Source: Pecten maximus (Eukaryota). Taken from it: 64,000 bases of DNA. How positions within the stretch are numbered: the stretch's first letter is position 1; each line of letters begins with the position of its first letter. Of the stretch, positions 43,398 through 54,376 are shown piece by piece. Location: contig NC_047030.1 of assembly GCF_902652985.1 (NCBI RefSeq), positions 19,902,001 through 19,966,000 of the forward strand, written 5' to 3'. The position numbers and the translations under genes are program-made. Under the pieces are notes generated by a model, which was not told the DNA's origin, made no database searches, and was given only the letters and a program-made list of their open reading frames with translations.

Positions 43398-44330
43398 CTT
43401 TATATTCTGGTGTCCATTAATGAATGTAGAGAGATTGAAGGGGTAGGGTATCACCAAGGTAGCAGTAGACATTATTTCCTGTGTTACCATTCAATGTGGA
43501 GGTCAAACTTTATGACAAGGACAATTAAACATGTAAGTTGGTTATCCATGTATGGTGACGTCGCCAAGATGTTATCAACTATTTTAAGTCTGTTGAAAAC
43601 AAGATGTATATGGATGTTGTGTAGTAACACCAACTATTGTGTACCATGGAATAGTCTGAGTTAGATCTGAAATGCTCTGCTGTTTGTTATAATTGTACCA
43701 GCTGTAGTGTTCTACTGTCATTCAAGTTGTATAATTGATTGTATGATCACTTCCTGTTAGGAACAAAAGCACATTATCGTAGTATTCCCCAGTAAATTAG
43801 GGTCCCGCATTCAGAAAATTGGTAGGACCTATATTTAAATATCCTATTTTAATGAAATTTGGATATAATAGGGCTTAAGTTAAAGTTATAGTTTGACATG
43901 ATTTTTGTTGATATATAATAGAGAGAAAAGTTGAAGGACTACTTTAACATGGAGATCTACAAAGATTTTTCCTAAACTAGTTCTAATTCAGATATGTACC
44001 TGTAGTGCTTTTTATATGTGTTCAATATACATATATGTATTAGCTGACTGACACTATAACATAATTATGGTAAAAGAAAATGGGCCTCCTGTATCGTCAT
44101 GTTTTCCATGTAAATTTCCCAACTGCACAATTAGCATATAATAAAGTTTGCTTAAGGGTTAGTATCAAACTGTAATATTGAATTACTTCTTACTAATCGA
44201 AACTAAATGTTTCCTGATAGGTAATATATACAAGGCATTATCGATGTATATATATATATTGAAAGATTTTGATGTCAATTAATGCTTTTGATTTTCTGAT
44301 GTTACATTTAATGGTTTGTTATGCACATGA

Positions 44331-44336
44331 AATAAA
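44331..44336 (+). terminator. Candidate GART polyadenylation signal
   Basis: AATAAA followed by T/GT-rich sequence, about 1.2 kb after the stop codon. Confidence 0.4.
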
Positions 44337-44804
44337 CTGTTAGTTTTATATGTAACATTTTAGTTGTTTATGTTGAGTTAACTGTTTGCATTAGTGTTAA
44401 TATGTCTGTCTTCATTGGGAACAAAGCAATATTCACATGGACACCAATAAAACTAACATCTGATTATTGAAATTTTCTTGTCGATATTGTTAAAAAGATG
44501 TATACGTATTTCCAAAAAGGTAAGATAATGTGATATTTATCAAAAGTAATAAGCCTAAATTCCTTCATGTGTAGAGCAATCTAAAACTACCATGACATGA
44601 TAATTTTTATATATTTTTTTCTATATCTCTATAAAAACAACACGGGGATACCACCACAAGTATAAAACTATTTATAGCTCAAACCTATAAAACTAGCACT
44701 TAAGACTTAACATGCAGAAAATTGAAAAATAAAGGATAAGGTTCTTTTAAGAAAGGTACAACATCGACACCCGCCATGTAGATTTAAAATGCATCAAACA
44801 ATGC

Positions 44805-45559
44805 TGGTGGAGTTTCTTATCTAAAGACATGTAAACCAAAAAAACACTGGAGGGGTGTCTTATCTAAAGACATGTAAACCAAATAAAACTGGAGGGGTGT
44901 CTTTTCTTAAGACATGTAAATCATAAAACACTGGAGGGATGTCTTATCTAAAGACAAGTAAATAAAATAACACTAGAGGGGTGTCTTATCTAAAGACATG
45001 TAAACCAAATAAAACTGGAGGGGTGTCTTATCTCAAGACATGTAAACCAAATAAAACTGGAGGGGTGTCTTTTCTTAAGACATGTCAACCAAATAAAACT
45101 GGATGGGTGTCTTATCTAAAGACATATAAATAAAAAAAACACTGGAGGGGTGTCTTATCTAAAGATATGTAAACAAAATAACACTGGAGGGGTGTCTTAT
45201 CTAAAGACATGTAAACCAAATAAAACTGGAGGAGTGTCTTATCTAAAGACATATAAATAAAAAAAACACTGAAGGAGTGTCTTATCTAAAGACATGTTAA
45301 TTAAAAACGCTGAAGGGTTGTCTTATCTAAAGACATGTAAATAAAAAAATAAACACTGGACGGGTGTCTTATCTAAAGACATGTAAACCAAATAAAACTG
45401 GAGGGGTGTTATCTAAAGACATGTAAACCAAAAAACACTGGAGGGGTGTCTTTTCTTAAGACATGTAAATCATAAAACACTGAAGGGGTGTCTTGTCAAA
45501 AGACATGTAAACCAAATAAAACTGGAGGGGTGTCTTATCTAAAGATATGTAAACCAAAT
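44805..45559. repeat. About 42-bp minisatellite (CTGGAGGGGTGTCTTATCTAAAGACATGTAAACCAAATAAAA), about 18 copies
   Basis: Visible directly. Confidence 0.95.
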
Positions 45560-47632
45560 CGTAATTCTTTATTAAAATTCACCAAACAATGACAAGGTAT
45601 GAAAAGAAATAGAATTACTTAATGACTTGACAAAGTACAGAAGACAATGGAAGACAATATGATCGGGACGACTCATCCACGACAACCGTTTATGTTTTGT
45701 TTTTGAGGTTTAAATCCCTGGCAACAGGCAGGGTCATATGAGGACTAGTGTCAAGGAGACACCTATAGAGGAAAACAAAGCACAGATAGACAGAACAGTG
45801 AGGAAAGAAAAGAAAGACTTAAGATCTAAAGTGTTGCAATGGGGACAGAAGATCTATTTTCCTCTCTTCATTGTCCTCTAGATAGAAGCCACCTAAGAAA
45901 ATCCCCGATTCTGCGGGGTACACACTTTTATTCGCCTTCTACGATCAACATGCATTGGAATACAGCGGACCTTTTGCTATGGCTCTCCAATTTTTAGCTC
46001 GTCTCTTCGAAGAAGAGTGAGAGCTTATGTTGTCGCGTCGGCGTCAGCGTCGGCGTTGGTTATTCAAATGTTAAGTTTTGAAAGGCATAGTAATTTCTGG
46101 TAGTATGGTCCCTGTGTGGGGTTAAACTATCCCCTGCCGGAGTTAAACTAAAAAGATATTTTGGGGAAAAAACAGATTTTGAATTTTTTTTTACTTAGAT
46201 TTTTTTTGCGTCAAGTTTTTGGTGCAAGTGTTGAAAGGTATTAATACATACCCTTATATTTGTACTAGGGTGCTGATAATTGGCAATAGAGTCCCTCTGG
46301 AGTTAAACTATCCCCTGCCAGAGTTAAACATAAATATTTTTTTGAAGAAAACCCCCCAGATTTTTCAAATTTTTGACTTAGAATTATTTTGCGTCAAGTT
46401 TTTGATGCAAGTGTTGAAAGGTATTAATACATCACTTTATAATTGTACTAGGGTGCTGGTAATTGATAATAGAATCCCTCTGGAGTTAAACTATCCCCTG
46501 CCAGAGTTAAAGTAAAAGATTGTTTTGGGAAAAAGACAGATTTTTCAAATTTTTGTAGTTAAAATATTTCTGCGTTAAGTTTTTGGTGCAAAATCACTTG
46601 ATGATTGTACTAGGGTGCTGATATCTGGTAAAAAGGTCCCTCTGGAGTTACGCTATCCCTTCATGGAGTGAAACTGAAAAACAAACAATGTGAAAATGCT
46701 CACATTAGACAATATATATAAACCACTCCACATTTTTCAAGGGAGACAACTCTCATAAGGATAATATGTTATCAAAAAATTGAAGAAATGGGTCCAAAAG
46801 CAATTACATTTGTATTTAATATATTCATTTAATCTACAACAGCATAGCTTGTCTCCCGAATGTTTGTCAATAAATAATTTATATATATATAAATTTGTAT
46901 GGTTTTGAAAATTGCATGAATAACCAATATAGATATTATTAATGCAATTGGCCACTTTCCAATTCAGCGCCACCTGGCGGATCATAATCCAAGATGGCGG
47001 CGTATGGTGTGTCCGTGTCACAGCACATGTTTTTAGTGTTTTATCAGCGCTACGCGTCAAATTAGACTTTTTCCAGAAAATCTTCGTGCTTAAATGCGTA
47101 TATAGGTAAGTAAGTCTTTATTTTGGAATGATTTTATAAGGAAATAAGGCGATATAAGACCGATATACACTTGTTCAAATACCCCAGGTGAGAAACCCTG
47201 CAGAATGCTATGTAACTCATTTACACAGGTGTAGCATTAAAAATCGGTCATTGTATGATTCACGATTCATTTATTAGTTCTTGATTTGTATAGATCGAAT
47301 AGAATCAGTCACTGCTTATGAAATGACGGCATCATAACGATGATAGCGAAATAAATAACGATATATCCATAAATACTATTTGCACCAGGTAACATTACAG
47401 GTAATTTTGAAAGGTGTTTTGAATGCCGCCATTTAGCCTATACTATTTTTAGAGCAGGTGAAGTCACGTGATCTATCTAGGATAGTGATCTTCCATTGAT
47501 TCATTGTATTTTCTATTTCATGTCACCTGACATTCGTATTTAAATAAATATTATAAAAAGTACTGGTATAGGCCTAGTGGTTTAAAAACATATTATGAAA
47601 ACAAACTTTGATTTATATTTTTCAGATACAAA

Positions 47633-49126
47633 ATGCCTCATCACTGCTGTGTGCCACATTGTACAAATAATTCCAAGACAAAAGATGGTTACTCTTTTCA
47701 TACATTCCCTAAAGACCCTTCAGTGGCAAAAAAGTGGGTGATTGCTATACGCAGAGATCAAGGTGCAGATTTTGATATCAACAAAGAGACAAGAGTATGC
47801 TCCGTTCACTTTAACGCAGACTCTTACCATCCTACCACTGCTATTCATGTTCGAAAACGTTTGCGAGGGACTGCTGTACCATCAGTATTTCAATGGACTG
47901 TACAGAAACCCGTCAGAAGGAAACTCAGCCTTCTCATGAAAAGTCCAAATTGTGGAAATGTAGAATCCAACAATACAAGTTTCCCAGAAAAACATGTTTT
48001 GGAAAGCTGTAATAATGATTGTGATGAGCCTTTGCTTGTAGACCAGCCTTTTAGTAGTGAGGATAGTTTAACAAATGTGGATTGGGCTGAATCTCCAGAC
48101 AAGAGTAAATTAAAAGAAACCAACAGTGTTCTACTTCACATTAGGAACAAAGAGAAGTTTTCAATTCTACGGTTTTGTAATTCCGATTCTGATATCAGAT
48201 ATTACACAGGATTTTCATCATACCTAGCCTTACACTGTTTCTTCACATTCTTACAACCGGCTTGTAGCTTTTTGTACTATGTAGGGACAGACAACACATC
48301 TGAAGGGACACCTTACATATTTCTCAACAAACGTGGAAAGTCCAGATCCTTGTCGCCTATGGAAGAGTTATTTGTAACTCTTGTTCGTCTTCGGAAAGGT
48401 TTACCAGAAAAACATTTAGGTGACCTGTATAACCTTTCTGAGGGACATGTGTCAAAAATACTCAACACTTGGATTGCTTTTCTTGACAACAGACTGTCTT
48501 CGCTACCAATTTGGCCACAAAGAGATCATGTGAATAACACCATGCCAGCAATTTTCAAGACATATTTTTCCTCTACTCGAACCATAATTGACTGCACAGA
48601 AATATTCATAGAACACCCATCTGCCTCGGAGTGTCAGCGGGAGACATTTTCCTCGTACAAACATCACAACACTGCAAAGGGTCTCATTGCCATCGCACCA
48701 AGTGGCCAAATCACATTTATTTCTCCGCTCTACTCTGGGCGATGTTCAGACAAGAAAATAATTCGCCATTGTGGATTGTTGGACCTGATAGAGGAAGGAG
48801 ATGGTGTCATGGTTGATCGCGGCTTTGACATTACAACAGATCTTGAAAACAGGGGTGCTCATCTTATAATGCCTGCCTTTTTAAGTGGAAAAGACCAATT
48901 CACTCCTGATCAGTTATCTCAATCCAGAGAAATAGCAACAGTGCGCGTCCATGTTGAGAGGGCTGTGAGGAAGATCAAAGAATTTGAAATTCTGAGACAC
49001 ACAGTTCCCATCACATTGTGTCCTATGCTTGAAAAGATATGGAATATTTGTGGACATTTGGCTAATTTCTCAGGGAGTGGAACATTGTTTAGACAACCCA
49101 AAGATGTCTCCACTTGTAAAGAATAA
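47633..49126 (+). CDS. THAP-HTH-DDE (DDE_Tnp_4, Harbinger-type) transposase, 497 aa
   Basis: THAP: CCVPHC..FHTFP..W..VCSVHF..AVPSVF. HTH: LSPMEELFVTLVRLRKG..LGDLYNLSEGHVSKI. Catalytic triad in IIDCTE, MVDRGF and RVHVERA. Confidence 0.95.
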   Translation: MPHHCCVPHCTNNSKTKDGYSFHTFPKDPSVAKKWVIAIRRDQGADFDINKETRVCSVHFNADSYHPTTAIHVRKRLRGTAVPSVFQWTVQKPVRRKLSLLMKSPNCGNVESNNTSFPEKHVLESCNNDCDEPLLVDQPFSSEDSLTNVDWAESPDKSKLKETNSVLLHIRNKEKFSILRFCNSDSDIRYYTGFSSYLALHCFFTFLQPACSFLYYVGTDNTSEGTPYIFLNKRGKSRSLSPMEELFVTLVRLRKGLPEKHLGDLYNLSEGHVSKILNTWIAFLDNRLSSLPIWPQRDHVNNTMPAIFKTYFSSTRTIIDCTEIFIEHPSASECQRETFSSYKHHNTAKGLIAIAPSGQITFISPLYSGRCSDKKIIRHCGLLDLIEEGDGVMVDRGFDITTDLENRGAHLIMPAFLSGKDQFTPDQLSQSREIATVRVHVERAVRKIKEFEILRHTVPITLCPMLEKIWNICGHLANFSGSGTLFRQPKDVSTCKE

Positions 49127-50380
49127 AGACACATTGATAATGCTCTCATGTTTAATGAAATGTCAGATTCTTTTCATATATGAACACTTTATAATATGAT
49201 ACATATAAAACATGTTTCCATGGTGATCAAAGTTTCAAAAATATTATGTTGAATTTTGTACAATTTTTGTGACAATAAAATGCATTTTCAAATACTGTCA
49301 TAGTAGTAATACCATGAAAAAATTCCAAGCAAAAAAGTTTGTAAATAATACATTTCTACAAATGAAATATCAGAAATTGTCCAACCGATATTCATATCAT
49401 CATATATATGCATCAAACATTTATCACTAGTCATACATTGTAATATTCCAGTTGTCTAGATCTATAAAATGTATTGAAGAAATTTTATATTATCACAAGT
49501 GATGATATAGGACAACTTGGATTTCACTGCATCCTTTCTTAAGTTAATCTTTTTTCACTGTTGAAAATATAAAAATAATCTGTCTAAATTATAAACTATA
49601 TTGAACCATGTATATGAAATGTCAGCATAGCGCAGGAAATGAATATTGTTCACATATTTTTAAACTTACTCTTTACAAGAAGTAATGACTATAAATAAAT
49701 AATTTAACTAAGAAACTGTGAAATTGAATGTGGACTAAAAATACAAAATTCAATAGTAACAACTTTCATTTTAATTTTTACATGTTACAAGTCATAATTA
49801 AAAAATATCACAATTCAATGTCTTAATGACTATGAAACTAATAACAGTATTTCAACAAAAATTCTGTACAGTACAATTGTGACAATGGACATAATTTGTA
49901 TGACTTGTGCTTGTATTCAATTTTATGCTACCATACATGGTTTAAGATTGTACTAGTGTACACTGAAACCATCAATATATATGTACATTGTGCTTTTAAC
50001 ACGAGACATGCATATGTCCTACACTAACTATCATATTGAACATTACATGTATATGTGTCAGTCACGAGTGCAAAAAAGGAATATAATGTATGAAATATCC
50101 TATGTAAAAATTAGAATAAATTTTGTTTTCCCCAAGTCACTTTAGAATCATGTTTTCACTTACAATACAAACTGTTTTTGTACATGTTGTATGTAAAACC
50201 CATCTGCACAGACATGTGATAATTATGATAATCAACACATTGAAAGAATCTAGTCAACATGCGAAAATATATGGCTACACACCATTTTTCAATATACATA
50301 AAGTAAAGTTTGTATTTAAAATGTCAGTCTGGATGGGTATTGCATGTGCCTCTTGTACTAAACAATACAAGTCGAGACCT

Positions 50381-52099
50381 TCACTGATCTTTTGTGCGGA
50401 GACAATCAACAAAATGTGGGAGCAAATGGCTGAAATAGATACTGTTGAGTTTAGGCAACATATTAGAACAGAAAAACTCTGAATCACGATGTATCTCTAC
50501 TATGGCAATGTCTTCCGGAGGAACGAATACTACAAAGTCACACTTCTCTATTCCACACAAATTCAGTTGTCCTTGCACTTGATAAAAGTAGTCGTGGGAT
50601 TTTTTGAGTTGGATTTCACCAGTTGTCGGGTTTTTTTCCAAATAAAAGTTTTTCTCCTTCATTTGTGATAATATACTTGTCTTCTTCTTGAATACAGAGT
50701 ATGGACATTTGATTTCCACCAGTCTAATCTCATTGTTGACTTTTACTAGTCTATCAGGTGTCACTCCAAGATGGGGTAGTTTGGGGTTTACAACAAGACC
50801 AACTGGTGAACTAGCACATGGTTTTTCCTTTTGATACAAAGCCAAGGCTTGAGCTTCATAATTGATACCGTGACGGACACTTTTTGACGTGAAAAACTTC
50901 TTCTTTTGTTGAAACGTATTCACAGGGTCTGTTGTATTTTTCAGGCGACAAAAAACACCAAAGTTAGATGCAGTAATACGGTATTGTCTCTCATTAAACC
51001 AGAATGAAGTCTTGCTCTGTAGCCTTGTATTTTTCTCTATGAACTTGGCTCTTTGGGTGTCTACACTCACATTAACTAGGTAATGTTGCTGGATGTCTGA
51101 TTTGAGTGCCTGTGGCAATTCTATTTCACTGAAGCTAGTATTGTCAACCATCTCAAACAAATCTGCGTCTAGGTTTACATCACAGCGTTGCCTACATGCC
51201 ACAGGTTTGAAATTGTTTTCTCGAATGGTGTCCAACACTGGAAGGTTTAAACCTGATGCATCAAACAGGTTAACAAGTTTGGTTAGATCATTACCTGTAA
51301 CAGATCTGGCAAACTCGGGCACAGGGTTATGAGTAGCTGCAGCTGCACACAAATCCTTCTTCACGGTCTTAAACGGATCATGTTTGACAAAGTTGATGTC
51401 TCTGAACAGAAGAGGCTCATCAGACGTTGGTTTTCTAACATGCCACAATTGCAACTTGTCTGTGCATGTTTTCACATCGGGCATTGTTTTTACATCCTGG
51501 CGGTGAAAGTCAATAAGACAGAACAATGTGGCTACAAGGTGCTTACATTGCCCATCTATTCCTGCTGGACATGAGCATGTCCCCCACTTTAATTTTGTTC
51601 CTCCATGTTTCAGGCACATGTATATGTTATAAGTTTTCTGCTTCATTGCAGCTTGGCATTGACCTCTGAAATATATCAAGTTTCCAGTTGTGGTACTGCT
51701 CAAACCTGTTATTTTTCCCTCTCGGAATAGTGTCCAGCCTTCAACCCTGTGGCGTTTTGTTTTCACAAAGTCAAGAACACTTTCATCGATGTCCTCAATA
51801 GGGAAATCTTCACCCCATCCTGTCGTTGGTGCCACGCGTCCTTGAAAACTAAGGAGTCCTTTTTTTGAAATTAAAGGGTTTATTTTCATTAGTTCACAGC
51901 AGCCAGGACAAAACCATTTTGCAATGTTCTTAGCTTCTTCTTCATCAAGATTAACACAAGATGGATGGAACCAATCATCACAGAGATCACATCTAACCAT
52001 TATTTTTTCTGGATCTTCTGGGGTCTTGCAAACACAGTGCAGTGTACGGTCAGTAGATGCAGACTGGTTCATCTCCTCATGATTTCTTTTTCGAGACAT
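50381..52099 (-). CDS. PHD finger - SWIM zinc finger - YqaJ (lambda-exonuclease-like) protein, 572 aa
   Basis: PHD: CVC..MVRCDLCDDWFHPSCV..WFCPGC. SWIM: CSCPAGIDGQCKH. YqaJ: Q..W..R..RITASNFG, GINYE, TPDRLV, EIKCPY, YFYQVQGQL. The ATG at 52099 follows a splice acceptor at 52120-52119, so it is preferred over 52150. Confidence 0.93.
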   Translation of the reverse strand: MSRKRNHEEMNQSASTDRTLHCVCKTPEDPEKIMVRCDLCDDWFHPSCVNLDEEEAKNIAKWFCPGCCELMKINPLISKKGLLSFQGRVAPTTGWGEDFPIEDIDESVLDFVKTKRHRVEGWTLFREGKITGLSSTTTGNLIYFRGQCQAAMKQKTYNIYMCLKHGGTKLKWGTCSCPAGIDGQCKHLVATLFCLIDFHRQDVKTMPDVKTCTDKLQLWHVRKPTSDEPLLFRDINFVKHDPFKTVKKDLCAAAATHNPVPEFARSVTGNDLTKLVNLFDASGLNLPVLDTIRENNFKPVACRQRCDVNLDADLFEMVDNTSFSEIELPQALKSDIQQHYLVNVSVDTQRAKFIEKNTRLQSKTSFWFNERQYRITASNFGVFCRLKNTTDPVNTFQQKKKFFTSKSVRHGINYEAQALALYQKEKPCASSPVGLVVNPKLPHLGVTPDRLVKVNNEIRLVEIKCPYSVFKKKTSILSQMKEKNFYLEKNPTTGEIQLKKSHDYFYQVQGQLNLCGIEKCDFVVFVPPEDIAIVEIHRDSEFFCSNMLPKLNSIYFSHLLPHFVDCLRTKDQ

Positions 52100-53482
52100 G
52101 GTTACTTGTTGTTGGTACCTATATAAGTAAACAAAAATAAATAGACACATGAAGATTAATAAGGTTAAAGCTTATCAATAAATAATAGTACAGCTTATGA
52201 TATCGTAACATATTAAGCTTTTCCATGGTAATATTAGCTGTTTATATTATAATAAACCATTAAGACTATATGCATGTATTTATTGCATTTTACTGACAGA
52301 AATCCTATATTATCACTAGTGATGATATAAGATTTTGACTGTACTGCATGGAAGAAATCTGATAAAATCACTAGTCATAATCAAATGTAAGATTTCTTGA
52401 ATTCAATGCATTAACATAAAAGATACATTCAATGTGCTTTCAGATGTCTGCAAATGCATTTTAAGTTTAACTGCAAATGCAATAAACAGAAAATTTAATA
52501 ATTTCTCGTTTGATATAAAATATATATCACTTGTATTTCAGATTTTATAATTAGATAACACTTGTGCTACACACTCGTGAAAATATAATTTATAAATAAA
52601 TCTGTCATACTCATGAAATATATCTTATATTAAATAGGTAACTCTGAATATCCTCATTGATTCCTATGAGCCATATATATATCAAAATATTCAAAAGCAG
52701 ATTTTACCCTGTTCTTAAATAGGCCTAATAAACAACATAACTGAAGATATATATATTTGTCATTATAACATAAAACAGGGCCAAAAACAAAACATCAACA
52801 TGACTGCTAAAAATCTTTTTTATTTTTGGTTAAAAAAAATATTTTCATCATCATGTTTTGTCATTATCAACCTCTTGATGTCACGTGACTCTACCTGCTC
52901 GAAATATAAAATGGCGGCATTCAAAACACCTTTCAAACTTACCTGTAATGTTACCTGGTGCAAATAGTATTTATGGATATATCGTTATTTATTTCGCTAT
53001 CATCGTTATGATGCCGTCATTTCATAAGCAGTGACTGATTCTATTCGATCTATACAAATCAAGAACTAATAAATGAATCGTGAATCATACAATGACCGAT
53101 TTTTAATGCTACACCTGTGTAAATGAGTTACATAGCATTCTGCAGGGTTTCTCACCTGGGGTATTTGAACAAGTGTATATCGGTCTTATATCGCCTTATT
53201 TCCTTATAAAATCATTCCAAAATAAAGACTTACTTACCTATATACGCATTTAAGCACGAAGATTTTCTGGAAAAAGTCTAATTTGACGCGTAGCGCTGAT
53301 AAAACACTAAAAACATGTGCTGTGACACGGACACACCATACGCCGCCATCTTGGATTATGATCCGCCAGGTGGCGCTGAATTGGAAAGTGGCCAATTTGC
53401 GAAACCATACCAATTAATATATTTTAATTATTTATTGATGAACATTTGCGAGACGAGCTATGCTGTTCTCCAACAGCTCTTG

Positions 53483-53642
53483 TTCCTGAACAGAACACAA
53501 AAGATAAACCACCCTTGACCCGGCATGACTGCCCCTCAATAAGTCCCTTGGTCTCCAATGTTTCCTGAACAGAACACAAAAGAGAAACCACCCTTGACCC
53601 GGCAGGACTCCCCCTCAATAAGTCGCCTAGTTTCCAATGTCT
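53483..53642. repeat. 79-bp tandem duplication
   Basis: TTCCTGAACAGAACACAAAAGA..AACCACCCTTGACCCGGCA.GACT.CCCCTCAATAAGTC at 53483 and 53562. Confidence 0.9.
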
Positions 53643-53906
53643 CATAGGACATGCAGTGAAATACAGCAGGCATACCGGCGGCAACCGTAAATATATGTGT
53701 AGGTTTATATCCCGTTCCAAGGGTTAAAACGGAACTACAAGTCATAACACGAGCATCAAACACGTCTGTCTTAATTAAAACACAAAAAGGCGACGAAAAG
53801 GGACATAGTTTGTTCTCTATGTATATACCCTATGTCAATAGCTTGTAGCTACCCTTCCGTCCTCCAGATCTCCGTTACCTCCTCGTATTGCAACTTAGGT
53901 CATTAA

Positions 53907-53948
53907 CATTACTGACGAGACCTAGAAGGTAGAAACAGCTTTATAATG
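53907..53948 (+). ncRNA. Minimal type I hammerhead ribozyme motif, degenerate
   Basis: CATTA-CTGACGA-GACC-TAGAA-GGTA-GAAAC-AGCT-TTA-TAATG. Both core boxes and stem I are intact; single mismatches at the base of stem II and in stem III. Confidence 0.7.
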
Positions 53949-54376
53949 GAGTTTAACCCAATGTTGACCCTACTGTTTATAATTTTAAAGTATTGATAAG
54001 GGTTCTAACACTGTCTGATGTACAATAATTCGTGAGGTCTTGTCACCAAACAACCAAGATGGTGTCGATCAGAAATTCAGTCGTCCCTACGGTTTCAGTC
54101 TCGGTTTATTTCATCTTCGCCTTAGCCGTGTGTTTAACGTAATACGCCCAATAAATAATAACCATGCTTACTCTGGAAAATTTATATCTTTTGATATGAT
54201 AGATAATAGAGTCTGACCAAATCTGTTCCACGTTAAACGTGAAGGACATGAGACCGGTCTCGTACCGAGTCTATCCACAACTGTTTCACGTTTAAAGTAT
54301 TTGAGTGAATACCTCCGTTGAATGTAAAGGAAACATACAGGAAATGACGAGTAACGAATAAAAAAACCCAGCAAGT

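Larger units (their letters stand above)
46949..53394. mobile_element. Autonomous ISL2EU-type (PIF/Harbinger-related, PHIS group) DNA transposon, apparently intact
   Basis: 486-bp TIRs (46949-47434 and 52909-53394) with one visible mismatch. AT target duplication at 46947-48 and 53395-96 (an alternative reading is AATT with GGCC ends). Two convergent uninterrupted ORFs. Confidence 0.93.
45992..53484 (+). mobile_element. Helentron-associated element (HINE) split by the ISL2EU insertion
   Basis: Left TTTT-TAGCTCGTCTC, a short hairpin, (GGCGTC)n and ~180-bp internal repeats (46120-46680). The right end after the transposon has GAGACGAGCTA (53450-53460, perfect 11-bp inverted copy), a 3' hairpin GCTGTT-CTCC-AACAGC and TCTTGTT. 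Confidence 0.75.

Noticed and set aside
52100-52150. N-terminal extension MCLFIFVYLYR of the YqaJ ORF
   Set aside because: It reads through a polypyrimidine tract and AG acceptor; the ATG at 52099 is more plausible.
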